Part shown: in pieces, positions 40,947 to 50,479 of the stretch
Layout of the letters: the number at the start of each line of letters is the position of its first letter
Position numbering within the stretch: position 1 is the stretch's first letter
Source of the DNA: Candidatus Zixiibacteriota bacterium
GTDB taxonomy: Bacteria; Zixibacteria; MSB-5A5; CAIYYT01
DNA length: 50,479 nt
Reading direction: 5' to 3'
Assembly: GCA_040235515.1 (NCBI GenBank)
Contig: JBECKX010000105.1
Span: forward strand, 1-50,479
Notes under the pieces: generated by a model
What the model was told of the DNA's origin: nothing
What the model saw: only the letters and a program-made list of their open reading frames with translations
Database searches by the model: none
Made by a program: the position numbers and the translations under genes

Positions 40947-42719
40947 CTACGGGCATGCTGCACAAGGAGCAGGTCCCCCAGCGAACAGGTAATTAACCAG
41001 GTAGACGCAATCACCGATATTCGTTTTGCCATCACAATTGACGTCGCCTATAGTGCCTTGGTTAAAGCTAGTGCAACCGAGGTTAAAAATCCAGTTAAGA
41101 AGGCAGACAATATCGCTAATGATCACTTGACCATCTCCATCGATGTCGCCGCAATCTCGGATGGATAGATTCACTGTAAACGTATCTCTGTTACAGGCAT
41201 CAGCGACAACAAAGGTAATGGAATACGACTCAATCAGCGAGTCGCTCGAAGCGCCATAAAGGGAATCTCCCGATAAGTTAAGCCAACTTGGAATACTGAG
41301 GTATTGCACAGTGTGAGTCGCGTCATCCGCATCAGAGATTTGCGGCTCGTAGCTCCAGAATGTTGAGAGAGCAATTTGGAACGGCCCACTGTTTTGAAGG
41401 ACCGGATGAAAGTTGATGCAGTTGTCGCAATCATCATCCACTCCATCCATGTCCGCGTCCACGCCACTGACGCAGTCATTGTCGACTGTCGGTCCTGTAA
41501 GATATATCTCTGGATTACCATCACGATTGTCTTGGAATACTACCCACCATTTTCCTGGTTCTGCTGATCTTGAGGCAATATCGGGATTGGTGGAGCTGCT
41601 CGGGTTGTTCGTGAGCCTCTCGTCGACGTAAGCATTGGAGCCATACGCTTTGGACAAGTAAATTTCTGAGTCCCCGTGACGACTATCCTGCCACACGATG
41701 TATCCGAATGACGGGTCGTTTGCGACGCGAGGTAGCGAAGCCGTGCCAACCACGTCATTCACGCGGGCAATACCATGGTCGCCATACAAGTTGTAGACAT
41801 TCCCGGAGCCTTGACAGGCGAGCCAAGGAAACGAGCCGGAGAATCCAGCCGCGCAGGACTCGTAGTCGCCGTCGGCGTGTCGTCGATAGTCTGTCAGGCC
41901 GCAGCTCGGATAGGCGACTCCCGCAACATAGACACCATCCTGGAAGTTCTGCGCAAGGTCATACCAAGCTACAAATGCAGTTCCGTTTGCCAATAGAGTG
42001 ACGGCAGGTTCTTTTTCAAAGCTCGGCAGCGTTCCGGCGTTAAGTCGTTGCACACAAACCTGTTCAAGATTACTGTTTCCATGTCGCATATAGACGTCCT
42101 GATCAGTCGGAGCGCGTCGATGGTAAACGATAGCATTGCTACCGGAAGGAAGAGCTGAAATCTCCGGATCCATACTTAAGTTCGAAGAGACCGCAAACGG
42201 CGCAACCAGGAGACTACCGTTCACATCAACTTTAGCGGCATAGATTGTCCCCCAGGGTGTATCTTCCTGCCAGACAATGTAGCTGTTTCCTAGGTCGTCG
42301 ACTGCAACTCCCGGCGCCACAGAATGCGAGCTAGTATTGCTCACCCGTATCGGAAGCGTCTGCGGCACTCCGTTTCTATCGAATCTTTGCCAATACACTT
42401 CAAAGTCGGGGCCACCATCACGCTTGTCCTCCCAAACCAGATAGAGGTACTGTGAATCAACCACCGCCTTTGGATGGTCGGAGGCTGCAGCGTCGAATGT
42501 CAACCTGACTATTTGATACTCCTCGAGCTCAGAGGCGGCCGAGGGTTCCAGCGGTGTGGAGTGAGTTGTATTGGTTCGATCATGCTCCGACTGTGAGGCA
42601 TCATCAACAACGATACCGACCTGCCCAATGGCATTCGTATTTAGCATAGACAAGAACGCAATAGACAATAGCGCAGTCACCAGATAAGTATATCCAGCGC
42701 TTCCTGACCCTTTCTTCAT
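40947..42719 (-). CDS. Secreted propeller-repeat protein with TSP3-like motif, Ig-like domain and C-terminal dockerin
   Basis: ATG 42719 after GGAGG. Repeats VWEDKRDG..EVY / VWQDSRHG..EIY / VFQDNRDG..EIY; DADMDGVDDDCDNC; dockerin CGDIDGDGQVIISDIVCLLNWIF / GDVNCDGKTNIGDCVYLVNYLFAGGPAP. Confidence 0.8.
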   Translation of the reverse strand: MKKGSGSAGYTYLVTALLSIAFLSMLNTNAIGQVGIVVDDASQSEHDRTNTTHSTPLEPSAASELEEYQIVRLTFDAAASDHPKAVVDSQYLYLVWEDKRDGGPDFEVYWQRFDRNGVPQTLPIRVSNTSSHSVAPGVAVDDLGNSYIVWQEDTPWGTIYAAKVDVNGSLLVAPFAVSSNLSMDPEISALPSGSNAIVYHRRAPTDQDVYMRHGNSNLEQVCVQRLNAGTLPSFEKEPAVTLLANGTAFVAWYDLAQNFQDGVYVAGVAYPSCGLTDYRRHADGDYESCAAGFSGSFPWLACQGSGNVYNLYGDHGIARVNDVVGTASLPRVANDPSFGYIVWQDSRHGDSEIYLSKAYGSNAYVDERLTNNPSSSTNPDIASRSAEPGKWWVVFQDNRDGNPEIYLTGPTVDNDCVSGVDADMDGVDDDCDNCINFHPVLQNSGPFQIALSTFWSYEPQISDADDATHTVQYLSIPSWLNLSGDSLYGASSDSLIESYSITFVVADACNRDTFTVNLSIRDCGDIDGDGQVIISDIVCLLNWIFNLGCTSFNQGTIGDVNCDGKTNIGDCVYLVNYLFAGGPAPCAACP

Positions 42720-42814
42720 GTACCCTCCTAAGTTCTTGAATGTCCCCCAATCCAAACATAGTGATAGTTGTCAATGAAGTCAAGGAGGGAGATTTATTCT
42801 CGAACGACTCCCCT

Positions 42815-43300
42815 CTACCGCTTATGCTCCTGGATCATGCTCTCGACGTTGCGGATATGGCCCAGCTCAAACTGTGTCAGGTACTCGAACGTCTTCCGGA
42901 CATCGGCATCATCAGCCTTCTCAGCGGCTTCGCTGTAAAGGTCGTAGGCTTCGCGCTCGAGCTCCAGAGCCAGATCGAGGATCTCCAGAATATCGGTCGC
43001 CTCTTTTACCCGCCCCAGTCGCTTAACATGCCGCTCTCCCATATCCTCGCCGATCTCCGGCAGGCCATCTTGATTCATGATGTCGCGGTAGGTGACCCAC
43101 TTCTCAGAGCGAACATGCTGGTCATACTGATGCTCTAACGTGAGAAAATGCTTTCGCTCTTCGTCGGCGAAATGGTGCATGATATCGATCAGCTTCTCAT
43201 CCTTCAGATTCTTAGCGCCGATTTTGTAGAACATATAGGCGGCGATTTCAGAAATGATGCCGCGCGACAGGTAATCGAGAGCTTCGGAACTTAATGTCAT
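42815..43300 (-). CDS. Ferritin-like/rubrerythrin-family diiron protein
   Basis: EI.AYMFY, DEERKH, ELEREAYDLY, FELGH four-helix diiron pattern; ATG 43300 after GAGG. Confidence 0.85.
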   Translation of the reverse strand: MTLSSEALDYLSRGIISEIAAYMFYKIGAKNLKDEKLIDIMHHFADEERKHFLTLEHQYDQHVRSEKWVTYRDIMNQDGLPEIGEDMGERHVKRLGRVKEATDILEILDLALELEREAYDLYSEAAEKADDADVRKTFEYLTQFELGHIRNVESMIQEHKR

Positions 43301-43412
43301 GATTCTTACCTCACTGTAGTCAAAATTCCTAACGATTGGGAATAAGAATAACAGAGAGCTTTTTGTCAAGCTAGTAGAGATTTGAATCGAATGTGACGCG
43401 CGCAACGACCGG

Positions 43413-44474
43413 CTAACTAACCCGCGCTTCCGAGTGGAGGTCAAACAGGTGCAATGCAGCTCTGGAGAAATCTATGCGGGTTGCCTCCGAGTCGAACGAA
43501 TCGGCTCGATCGGACAGTCGAGCCAGCAGCGGTTCGCCATCGAGTGTGCCATGCAGATAGGTTGCTGCGCCATGGAATTCGCGCTGATCGACGTTCATCC
43601 GGACCTCTCCGTCAACCTCCCCGGCGTAGATATGATCAGGTCGAACACCCAACAAGTACTCGCCGTCAGCGATTGATGATTGACCGATTATGACGCGACT
43701 TTGCAGCGTGGCAAGCTCGCCGTTTCGGGCGCGAACCCGGAGGAAGTTCATTGGCGGCGAACCGATGAATCCCGCTACGAACGCGTGCGCAGGTTCATTG
43801 TAGATCTCAGTCGGCGTGCCGCGCTGCATGATCTTCCCCTTGCGCAGCACGACCAGGTGGTCAGCCATGGTCATCGCCTCGGTTTGGTCATGGGTCACGT
43901 AGATCATCGTCTTGCCCAGTCGTCGCTGCAACGCCTTGATCTCCCCCCGCATCTGGTTGCGCAGTTGAAAATCGAGGTTGGAGAGCGGCTCATCGAACAG
44001 GAAGACCTCCGGATCGCGCACGATCGCCCGACCCACCGCCGTCCTTTGACGTTCGCCGCCGGAGAGAGTGCGCGGGAGTCGCTCGAGCAGGGGGGTTAGG
44101 CCCAGCAGCGCGGCAGCTTCCTCTACTCTTGCTGAAATCTCCTGCTTCGGAATTTTGGCGATTTTGAGCGGAAAACTGAGGTTCTCCCTTACGGTCAGAT
44201 GCGGATAGAGTGCGTAATTTTGAAACACCATCGCCACGTTGCGGTCACGCGGTTCGATCCGTGTGATCTCCCGCCCGGCCAGCCAGATTGCGCCGCTGTC
44301 AGGATACTCCAGACCGGCGATCAGCCGCAACAGCGTTGATTTCCCGCAGCCCGACGGCCCGAGGAATACGGTCAGCCCGCCACCCGGGATCTCCAAATCG
44401 AGATTCGGTATCACCTCGTTGCCGTCAAATGACTTAACAATCTGTTTCAGAGCGAGATTCGGCATCGGAATCAA
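43413..44474 (-). CDS. MalK/UgpC-type ABC transporter ATP-binding protein
   Basis: GPSGCGKST, VFQNYALYPH, LSGGERQR, DEPLSNLD, YVTHDQTEAM, FIGSPPMN. Confidence 0.94.
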   Translation of the reverse strand: MIPMPNLALKQIVKSFDGNEVIPNLDLEIPGGGLTVFLGPSGCGKSTLLRLIAGLEYPDSGAIWLAGREITRIEPRDRNVAMVFQNYALYPHLTVRENLSFPLKIAKIPKQEISARVEEAAALLGLTPLLERLPRTLSGGERQRTAVGRAIVRDPEVFLFDEPLSNLDFQLRNQMRGEIKALQRRLGKTMIYVTHDQTEAMTMADHLVVLRKGKIMQRGTPTEIYNEPAHAFVAGFIGSPPMNFLRVRARNGELATLQSRVIIGQSSIADGEYLLGVRPDHIYAGEVDGEVRMNVDQREFHGAATYLHGTLDGEPLLARLSDRADSFDSEATRIDFSRAALHLFDLHSEARVS

Positions 44475-44682
44475 TCTATCAGCAGCGACTTCGGCGGCAA
44501 CAACAATCGAAGATTTCCCGCCGATTGCCGATACTAGAATTCAAGAGAGCCGGGGACCTTCAGGAAGCGCGGCAGCGGATGTGTAACAACACTCGACTCA
44601 GTGACAAGTTTCTCAGCAGCTTCTTATCTGCCGAGAACAGGCCAACCGTTTAACAGAGCTTCATGCCGGGATGCGTAACGTT

Positions 44683-45426
44683 ATGAGTAATGGTACGAGC
44701 GAATCTACTCCGAAAGTGCTGGTCGTCGACGACGATCCAAGTCTGACCGAACTGCTGGTCGACACACTTGATGTGATCGGCTACCAATCCTTCAAAGCCG
44801 AATCGGCCCGCGAGGCGCTGGCAATCCTGCGCCGGGAGTCGATCGATATGGTGATTTCTGACATCAATATGCCGGAGATGTCGGGGATCGAGCTGCTCGA
44901 AGAAATCAAAAAGACCCATGCCAGTATGCCGGTCATGTTGATCACCGGCATCGGGAGCGATTCGATCAAAGAACAAGCCTACTCCAAGGGAGCTGATGGT
45001 TTCCTGCCCAAACCATTCCGAATTCGGACCATTGAAGCCGAAATCGGAAAATTGCTCTCGGGCGTCAAACGTCGCCGCATCGCCGTTATCGACGACAACG
45101 AGGAGTTTCTGCTCAGTCTCTCGCATCGCCTGGAAGAGAAAGACAACATCGTCCACACTTTCCGCACGATCAAAGAGGCACAGGAATTCCTGGAAGCATC
45201 CTCGGTTGATCTGATCATCACCGATCTCAAGATGCCCGATGGTGATGGCGCCACCCTTTCGAGCGAACTCCATAAACTCCATCCCGAGATTCCCGTGGTC
45301 ATGGTTACCGCCTTTGCCACGGCGAATATCGTCAAGCAGATCAAGGAAACCGGCGTAAAGAGGCTGCTCGCCAAGCCGGTCGATTTCAAACAGTTGGAAT
45401 CGGTGGTCGAGGAACTGTCAAGTTAA
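44683..45426 (+). CDS. Response regulator with two tandem receiver domains and no output domain
   Basis: VLVVDDD...ISDINMP...ITG...PKPF and IAVIDDN...ITDLKMP...VTA...AKPV; start is 44671 or 44683. Confidence 0.9.
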   Translation: MSNGTSESTPKVLVVDDDPSLTELLVDTLDVIGYQSFKAESAREALAILRRESIDMVISDINMPEMSGIELLEEIKKTHASMPVMLITGIGSDSIKEQAYSKGADGFLPKPFRIRTIEAEIGKLLSGVKRRRIAVIDDNEEFLLSLSHRLEEKDNIVHTFRTIKEAQEFLEASSVDLIITDLKMPDGDGATLSSELHKLHPEIPVVMVTAFATANIVKQIKETGVKRLLAKPVDFKQLESVVEELSS

Positions 45427-45460
45427 GTGGAGTTATAGCTTCTGATTTCACAGTCGTTGC

Positions 45461-45489
45461 TTGACACTACAATTCGCCCCCACTATTTT
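45461..45489 (+). promoter_or_regulatory. Sigma70-type promoter
   Basis: TTGACA-17 nt-TATTTT. Confidence 0.65.
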
Positions 45490-45809
45490 ATAGTCGCAAC
45501 TGAATAGCATCATCATTGGAAAAGCTGCGGGTGTTTCGACTTAAGGGCTACAACTGTCTCGATTGGCTATTATGGTTGTCAGCCATCACGGGCCGAAACT
45601 AGCAGGGCTGCTTATCGGCTGGGGCGGGTGAGTCTCGGGTAGCAAACTCGGCTCAATAGTCCACACCATAACGCAGTGGGGCCGGGTGCAGAGTTTAGGG
45701 ACAGCTTCGGCTGTACCGGCAAATATCTGTATCGTCGGCAATAGATTGAGGCGAAGGAAGCTCTGTCCATAGACTTCGTCCTGATATGCGCCGAATCTGG
45801 TAATAGGGG

Positions 45810-47363
45810 TTGCCTATGGTTACGATTCAGTTCGTAGGTTGCACAATCAGAAATCGGGCCCGCCTGATTCTGTCTCTAGCATCGCTGCTCGCAGTGGTGT
45901 GCGCGCCGACGGACCTCCTGCATGCTGCCGGGCGACACAGACATTTGAAATCGCTGGCAGTCGCGACCGATCAGGAGCAGGCGGACTACATCAGCCATAA
46001 TTTGGCCTTGTTCCAAATCGTCGATCCCGGCTACTCGAAGATTGTGCTGGAGCAGGCGGTCGATTTCGACCATTTCCGCACAGGTGTCAATGAATGGATC
46101 GAAAACAATCGGGAGCGCTGGGAACAAGTTCAGACATTCCTTGAGTATTGCCGCAACGAGGAAGCGGCAGGGAGAATCGGCACCGATATCGATGCCGACA
46201 ACGCGGATGTCCGCTGGCAACTTTTCCTGACTAACGGCCCGCCCCTCAACCGACTGACTCTTCCCTGTAAATGCGAAGGGGGACGCTCAGGTTGCACCGT
46301 CTGGACCTACGCCTGGCCTTCCGACTCGATCAACGTTAACGGCAAAGAGATATCCTGTCAGTCGCTTCGCGGTGAAGACTACCCCACCATGATAACTCGC
46401 AACGGCTCCGGGAGCTTTCCTGAAGCGCGTCCGCTCTGGCCGTTGGTCCAATGTTCACGTTTCCCCACCGATCAAGGCGACTGTGAATTGTGGTTCTCCA
46501 TCTGGGTGTTGGGAAATGAGTTGACGCGTAATACGCTTGACCTCGCCGAGTTGCGAATCCAGGTTGATCTCTTCGACAGTACCCAGACAGCCCTGGTCGG
46601 CAAAGCTCAGTGCACCGCCAATCTGCAACTGTTGCGGGGTATCCTCGAAGCGACCGATTTCGACGACCGTAATCTGGTTAGGGCAATGGCGTACCTTGGG
46701 CTGGCCGGTGTCTCAGCGGGCACCTTCTACGCGCGTGTGACTGTCAATGGTGCTCCTTACAACGAAGGCGACAAGTTGATCAGGGTTGATATTCCCGAAG
46801 GCGGCAAGATCAGCGACTTGCTACTGCTTGAGCAAAGCGCAATGGAGAATGAAAACGCAGCGTCGGGAATCATTCGCGGTAAGAGGAATGATTTGTATGA
46901 CAACCCCGAGGGAGTCTACCAGCCGGGCGCTAAATTGAATCTCTATGCCGAAGTGGCTCTGCCTTCCGAACGACAGGAAAGATATGAAGTCCAGGTGAGC
47001 CTGCTCAAGATTCCGGACGTTCGTCGGATGCAGCGTGAGAATGTCAGGCTGTCAGAAGCAGTGGTGGTATCAGATAGTCTCGACCAGCCATTTGATGATG
47101 GTGCGTTTGGTTCAACTACGGAAGGTGTGCTGGTGGACGGCGGCCAGGTCAGCGAGTCGCAAGGCCGCAGTCTCAATCTCGTGACCAAAACGTTTCGCAG
47201 CAATGGCCGGAGAAACGTTGTCAATATATCCTCGAGGTTAAGCAACAAGCTGGGTCATGGCCGCTACATGCTGACTCTGACTATCACCGACCCGAAGAGC
47301 CGCAGCTACTACATGACGGCGCGGCGCGTGATCCAGATAGCCTCACGAACGCCGAGTTTCTAG
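45810..47363 (+). CDS. Exported hypothetical protein, degenerate GWxTD-domain-like
   Basis: N-terminal signal-like helix; TGVNEW..N.ERW, DVRWQLFLTNGPP; C-terminal ISDLLL...NP..VY..G..LNLYAEV...GRYMLTLTITD. Start uncertain (45810/45816). Confidence 0.6.
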   Translation: MPMVTIQFVGCTIRNRARLILSLASLLAVVCAPTDLLHAAGRHRHLKSLAVATDQEQADYISHNLALFQIVDPGYSKIVLEQAVDFDHFRTGVNEWIENNRERWEQVQTFLEYCRNEEAAGRIGTDIDADNADVRWQLFLTNGPPLNRLTLPCKCEGGRSGCTVWTYAWPSDSINVNGKEISCQSLRGEDYPTMITRNGSGSFPEARPLWPLVQCSRFPTDQGDCELWFSIWVLGNELTRNTLDLAELRIQVDLFDSTQTALVGKAQCTANLQLLRGILEATDFDDRNLVRAMAYLGLAGVSAGTFYARVTVNGAPYNEGDKLIRVDIPEGGKISDLLLLEQSAMENENAASGIIRGKRNDLYDNPEGVYQPGAKLNLYAEVALPSERQERYEVQVSLLKIPDVRRMQRENVRLSEAVVVSDSLDQPFDDGAFGSTTEGVLVDGGQVSESQGRSLNLVTKTFRSNGRRNVVNISSRLSNKLGHGRYMLTLTITDPKSRSYYMTARRVIQIASRTPSF

Positions 47364-47422
47364 TTTATCGTCTTGGTGAGGGTAGATTCTCAGATAGGGT
47401 AGGGAATCAGTCGAAGGGGTTC

Positions 47423-48226
47423 CTACATCCACTTCTTCTTCCGCAGCACTGCCTGCATCTGCTGGTGGATATGCCCGTTCGATGCAATCAGGCGGTCGTT
47501 GTATATCGAGAATTCTCCCCCCTTAAAATCGCTCACCTTGCCCCCAGCCTGTTCAACTATCAGAATACCCGCCGCCGTGTCCCAGGCATGCAGCTTCAAT
47601 TCCCAGAAGCCGTCAAATCTGCCCGCCGCGACATAGCAGAGATCAAGCGCCGCTGACCCCGCCCGACGCACCGCACGAGCTGACTTAACGAAGTTGGCAA
47701 AATTGCGCAGATTGTTGATGCTGCTGGTGCGGATGTCGTATGGAAATCCGGTCGCCAGCAAACAGTGACTCAACTCCTTGCGTTCGGTGACATGGATATT
47801 CTTGCCGTTCAGCCTGGAATGAACTCCACGCGCAGCCGTGAACATCTCATCACGGGTCGGATCAAAAACAACTCCCAGAACGATCTTGTCACGGTACTCG
47901 AGCGCAATCGAGACGCACCACACGGGGAACGTATGGGCATAGTTGGTCGTGCCATCGAGTGGGTCGATGATCCACTTCAACTCGGAGTCATGTTGTGCCA
48001 CACTCTCCTCTTCGGTGAGAAATGTCGCTTCCGGCAGTAGCGCGCTCAGTTGCCTGACAATCAGCTTCTCGCTCTTGATATCCATTTCGGTAACTAGATC
48101 AATCTTCCCCTTGTAGCTGACCTTGCGCCGCGAATGAAAACTTTTCAGTAGTAACTGGCCGGCGGCGCGGGCAGTCCGTTCGGTCCCCTTTAACAGTTTC
48201 GTCAGCTGCGTGTTAATCAATTCCAT
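47423..48226 (-). CDS. suhB: Inositol monophosphatase family protein
   Basis: DLVTEMD, WIIDPLDGTTNYAH, GSAALDL, WDTAAG; ATG 48226. Confidence 0.93.
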   Translation of the reverse strand: MELINTQLTKLLKGTERTARAAGQLLLKSFHSRRKVSYKGKIDLVTEMDIKSEKLIVRQLSALLPEATFLTEEESVAQHDSELKWIIDPLDGTTNYAHTFPVWCVSIALEYRDKIVLGVVFDPTRDEMFTAARGVHSRLNGKNIHVTERKELSHCLLATGFPYDIRTSSINNLRNFANFVKSARAVRRAGSAALDLCYVAAGRFDGFWELKLHAWDTAAGILIVEQAGGKVSDFKGGEFSIYNDRLIASNGHIHQQMQAVLRKKKWM

Positions 48227-48239
48227 ACGAGATTCGTTC

Positions 48240-50018
48240 TCAGTCCAGCGTTTCCTGATCCTGGTACTGCAACTGGTACAAGCGCCAATAGACACCACCC
48301 TGTTTAAGCAACTCCTCGTGACGACCACGCTCCACGATGCGACCTTTGTGGAAGACCAGGATCATATCAGCTTCCTTGATTGTCGATAAGCGATGCGCCA
48401 CCACCACCGAGGTCCTGCCCTCAAAGAGGTGATGCAGCGCCTCCTGAATGATATGCTCGGTTTCATTGTCGACCGAGGAGGTTGCCTCGTCCAGTATAAG
48501 CAATTTCGGATCATAGGCCAGCGCGCGCGCAAAGCTGACGAGCTGACGCTGCCCTACCGAAAGATTGCCCCCGCGCTCGCCGACATTGTGATCGAATCCC
48601 TTCTCAAGGCGATTGATGAACGGCATCAGGCCAACTCGCTCCGACGCCGCCTTCACCTTCTCGTCGGTGATTGCTTCATTCCCGAGCGTGATATTATCTT
48701 TAATCGAACCGGCGAAAAGGAAGACGTCCTGCAGCACCAGTCCGATCTGCTTGCGCAACTCCACCGGATCCACGTCGCGGATGTCGGTGTCATCGAACCT
48801 GATGGAGCCTTCCTGAATATCATAAAAACGGCAGAGCAGGCTGACGGTGGAGGTCTTGCCCGCCCCCGTTGCTCCTACCAGCGCCACCTTCTCGCCCGGC
48901 TTGATCTTGAAACTGATATCCCTCAGGACAGGTTCATCAGGGTTATAAGCGAAATGAACTTTGTCGAACGAGATGCTCCCCCTGTAGCCGTTCAAGCTCA
49001 TGGGGACCGCGGGCGCCGTGATAGCGGCTTTGGTGTCGAGGATGTTGAATATTCGCTCAGATGATGCCATCGCGGCCTGCAGAATGTTGTACTTCTCGGC
49101 GAGGTCACGAATCGGTCGGTAAAATTTCTCTAGGTAACCGATAAACGCCGCGAGCGTACCGAGCGTGATCGCATTCTGGACCACCTGACCACCACCATAC
49201 CAGATAATCAATGCCAGACTGATTGCACCAATCAACTCGACGACCGGGAAGAAGATGGCATAATACATGATAGAACGATGGTGTTCGTAGCGCAGGTTGT
49301 CGTTGAGCGAATCGAATCCGCGCATTGTCTTGCGCTGTTGCACGAAGTATTGCACCTCCGACATCCCGGCGAGGTGCTCCTGGGTGAAGGCGTTGAGTCG
49401 CGCCAGGATCAACCTGATATTGCGATACGAGTCGCGCACCTTCTTGCGGAAGAGGAAACTGGCTGTCGTGATCAGCGGCACGATCACGAAAGTGACCAGT
49501 GTCAGCTCCCACGAGAGGTACAGCATGATAGCGACGATACCGAAAACCTTGATCAGGCTGCCAAAGATATCGACGACTCCGGAGGCAAACAGCTCATTGA
49601 GGGCGTTGACATCCGACGTGATGCGAGTGAGCAGCCTGCCGGAAGGATTGCGGTCAAAGAAAGCCAGGTGCATCTTTTGCACATGCTCGAACAGGGTCTG
49701 GCGCAGATCGAACATGGCGCTCTGGCCGATCCATTCCATGATGTAGATCTGTGCTGTTCCGAAGAAGAACTCCGAAGTCATCACAGCTCCCATGAACCAG
49801 AGCACGTTGGTGAAGTCATCCGCTTTGCCGTTGACAACAGCGTCGATACCGAGCTTCGTCAGGTAGGGGACAAGCAACTCCAGGCCACTTGCGATCAGCA
49901 GCAGCAGGATAGAAAGAGCAACAAACCAGCGATACGGCTTGATGTACTTCAAAAGCCGCTTCATCAACTGGGCGTCGTACGCTTTGCCTAATTTGTCTTC
50001 TTCGTAGAATTCCTGCAT
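48240..50018 (-). CDS. ABC exporter fused permease/ATPase (MdlB-like half)
   Basis: TM domain plus GATGAGKT, degenerate signature LSVGQRQ, LDEATS, AHRLST. Confidence 0.93.
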   Translation of the reverse strand: MQEFYEEDKLGKAYDAQLMKRLLKYIKPYRWFVALSILLLLIASGLELLVPYLTKLGIDAVVNGKADDFTNVLWFMGAVMTSEFFFGTAQIYIMEWIGQSAMFDLRQTLFEHVQKMHLAFFDRNPSGRLLTRITSDVNALNELFASGVVDIFGSLIKVFGIVAIMLYLSWELTLVTFVIVPLITTASFLFRKKVRDSYRNIRLILARLNAFTQEHLAGMSEVQYFVQQRKTMRGFDSLNDNLRYEHHRSIMYYAIFFPVVELIGAISLALIIWYGGGQVVQNAITLGTLAAFIGYLEKFYRPIRDLAEKYNILQAAMASSERIFNILDTKAAITAPAVPMSLNGYRGSISFDKVHFAYNPDEPVLRDISFKIKPGEKVALVGATGAGKTSTVSLLCRFYDIQEGSIRFDDTDIRDVDPVELRKQIGLVLQDVFLFAGSIKDNITLGNEAITDEKVKAASERVGLMPFINRLEKGFDHNVGERGGNLSVGQRQLVSFARALAYDPKLLILDEATSSVDNETEHIIQEALHHLFEGRTSVVVAHRLSTIKEADMILVFHKGRIVERGRHEELLKQGGVYWRLYQLQYQDQETLD

Positions 50019-50034
50019 TACTCTTCCGTCGTTG

Positions 50035-50478
50035 CTAGTCCAGCAGATTCAGTTCATCCGCCATCTCTTCGCGTCGGATCAACTCGTAGTAACGACCCTG
50101 CCGGGCGATCAACTCGTCATGCGTGCCCGCCTCAACCACCACACCATCATCGAGTACAACAATCTTGTCGGCCCGTTTGATCGTCGATGGACGATGACTG
50201 ATAATGAAAGTCGTCGCACGTCCTTCGATGCTCTTCAGGTGCTCCAGGATCATCTCCTCGGTGCCGGTATCGACCGCCGAGAAGGCGTCATCGAACACGA
50301 GGATGCGTGGTTGTTTCAAAAGTGCGCGTGCGATCGCCGCGCGTTGCTTCTGTCCACCCGACAATGTTATCCCGCGCTCGCCCAATACCGTCTGATATTT
50401 CTTCGGGAATGAATCCACTTCCGAATCGAACGCCGCCATTACCGCCGCGCGCTTAACGGCATCGTCGTCGATCTCATC
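50035..50478 (-). CDS. ABC exporter ATPase domain (MdlA-like partner), truncated by the window edge
   Basis: Frame open to the window end; GERGITLSGGQKQR, FDDAFSAVD, ISHR. Confidence 0.9.
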   Translation of the reverse strand, partial: DEIDDDAVKRAAVMAAFDSEVDSFPKKYQTVLGERGITLSGGQKQRAAIARALLKQPRILVFDDAFSAVDTGTEEMILEHLKSIEGRATTFIISHRPSTIKRADKIVVLDDGVVVEAGTHDELIARQGRYYELIRREEMADELNLLD

Positions 50479-50479
50479 C

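Noticed and set aside
43339..43369. GAATAAGAATAA near TTGACA upstream of the ferritin-like gene as a Fur/PerR box
   Set aside because: Not palindromic enough and the -10 spacing is poor.
45490..45545. GTCGCAACTG (ZTP riboswitch-like) and GTTTCGAC (tmRNA-like) fragments
   Set aside because: Downstream ZTP elements and the tmRNA acceptor stem and tag ORF are missing.

Overview
Bacterial chromosomal window from a diderm, LPS-producing, moderately GC-rich organism. The dockerin signature (GD..G....I.D.VYL.NYIF.GGPAP) and a T9SS/FlgD-Ig C-terminal domain suggest an FCB-related lineage such as Zixibacteria (inference). Housekeeping content: sufCBDSU; gatC-kdsB-pyrG-kdsA-kdsC-kdsD-lptC-orf-lptB-rpoN-hpf-hprK; an RRM RNA-binding protein; a GGDEF protein; Fe/Mn SOD; an aminotransferase; secD/secF; a TolC-family protein; a TPR protein; yjbQ; DUF72; a ferritin-like protein; a MalK-like ATPase; a double-receiver regulator; suhB; and an ABC exporter pair. 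The most interesting signal is a candidate non-cellulosomal cohesin-dockerin surface system. It consists of a ~1680-aa secreted scaffoldin-like protein with two cohesin-like modules and three C-terminal-dockerin proteins: a beta-helix/zinc metalloprotease, a ~7-heme c-type cytochrome and a propeller-repeat protein. Also notable are a Fic gene with a non-canonical motif bracketed by a 79/78-bp duplicated terminator, an SRA-HNH putative modification-dependent nuclease, and several long, structured intergenic regions. All domain calls were made by eye from motifs; no searches were run.
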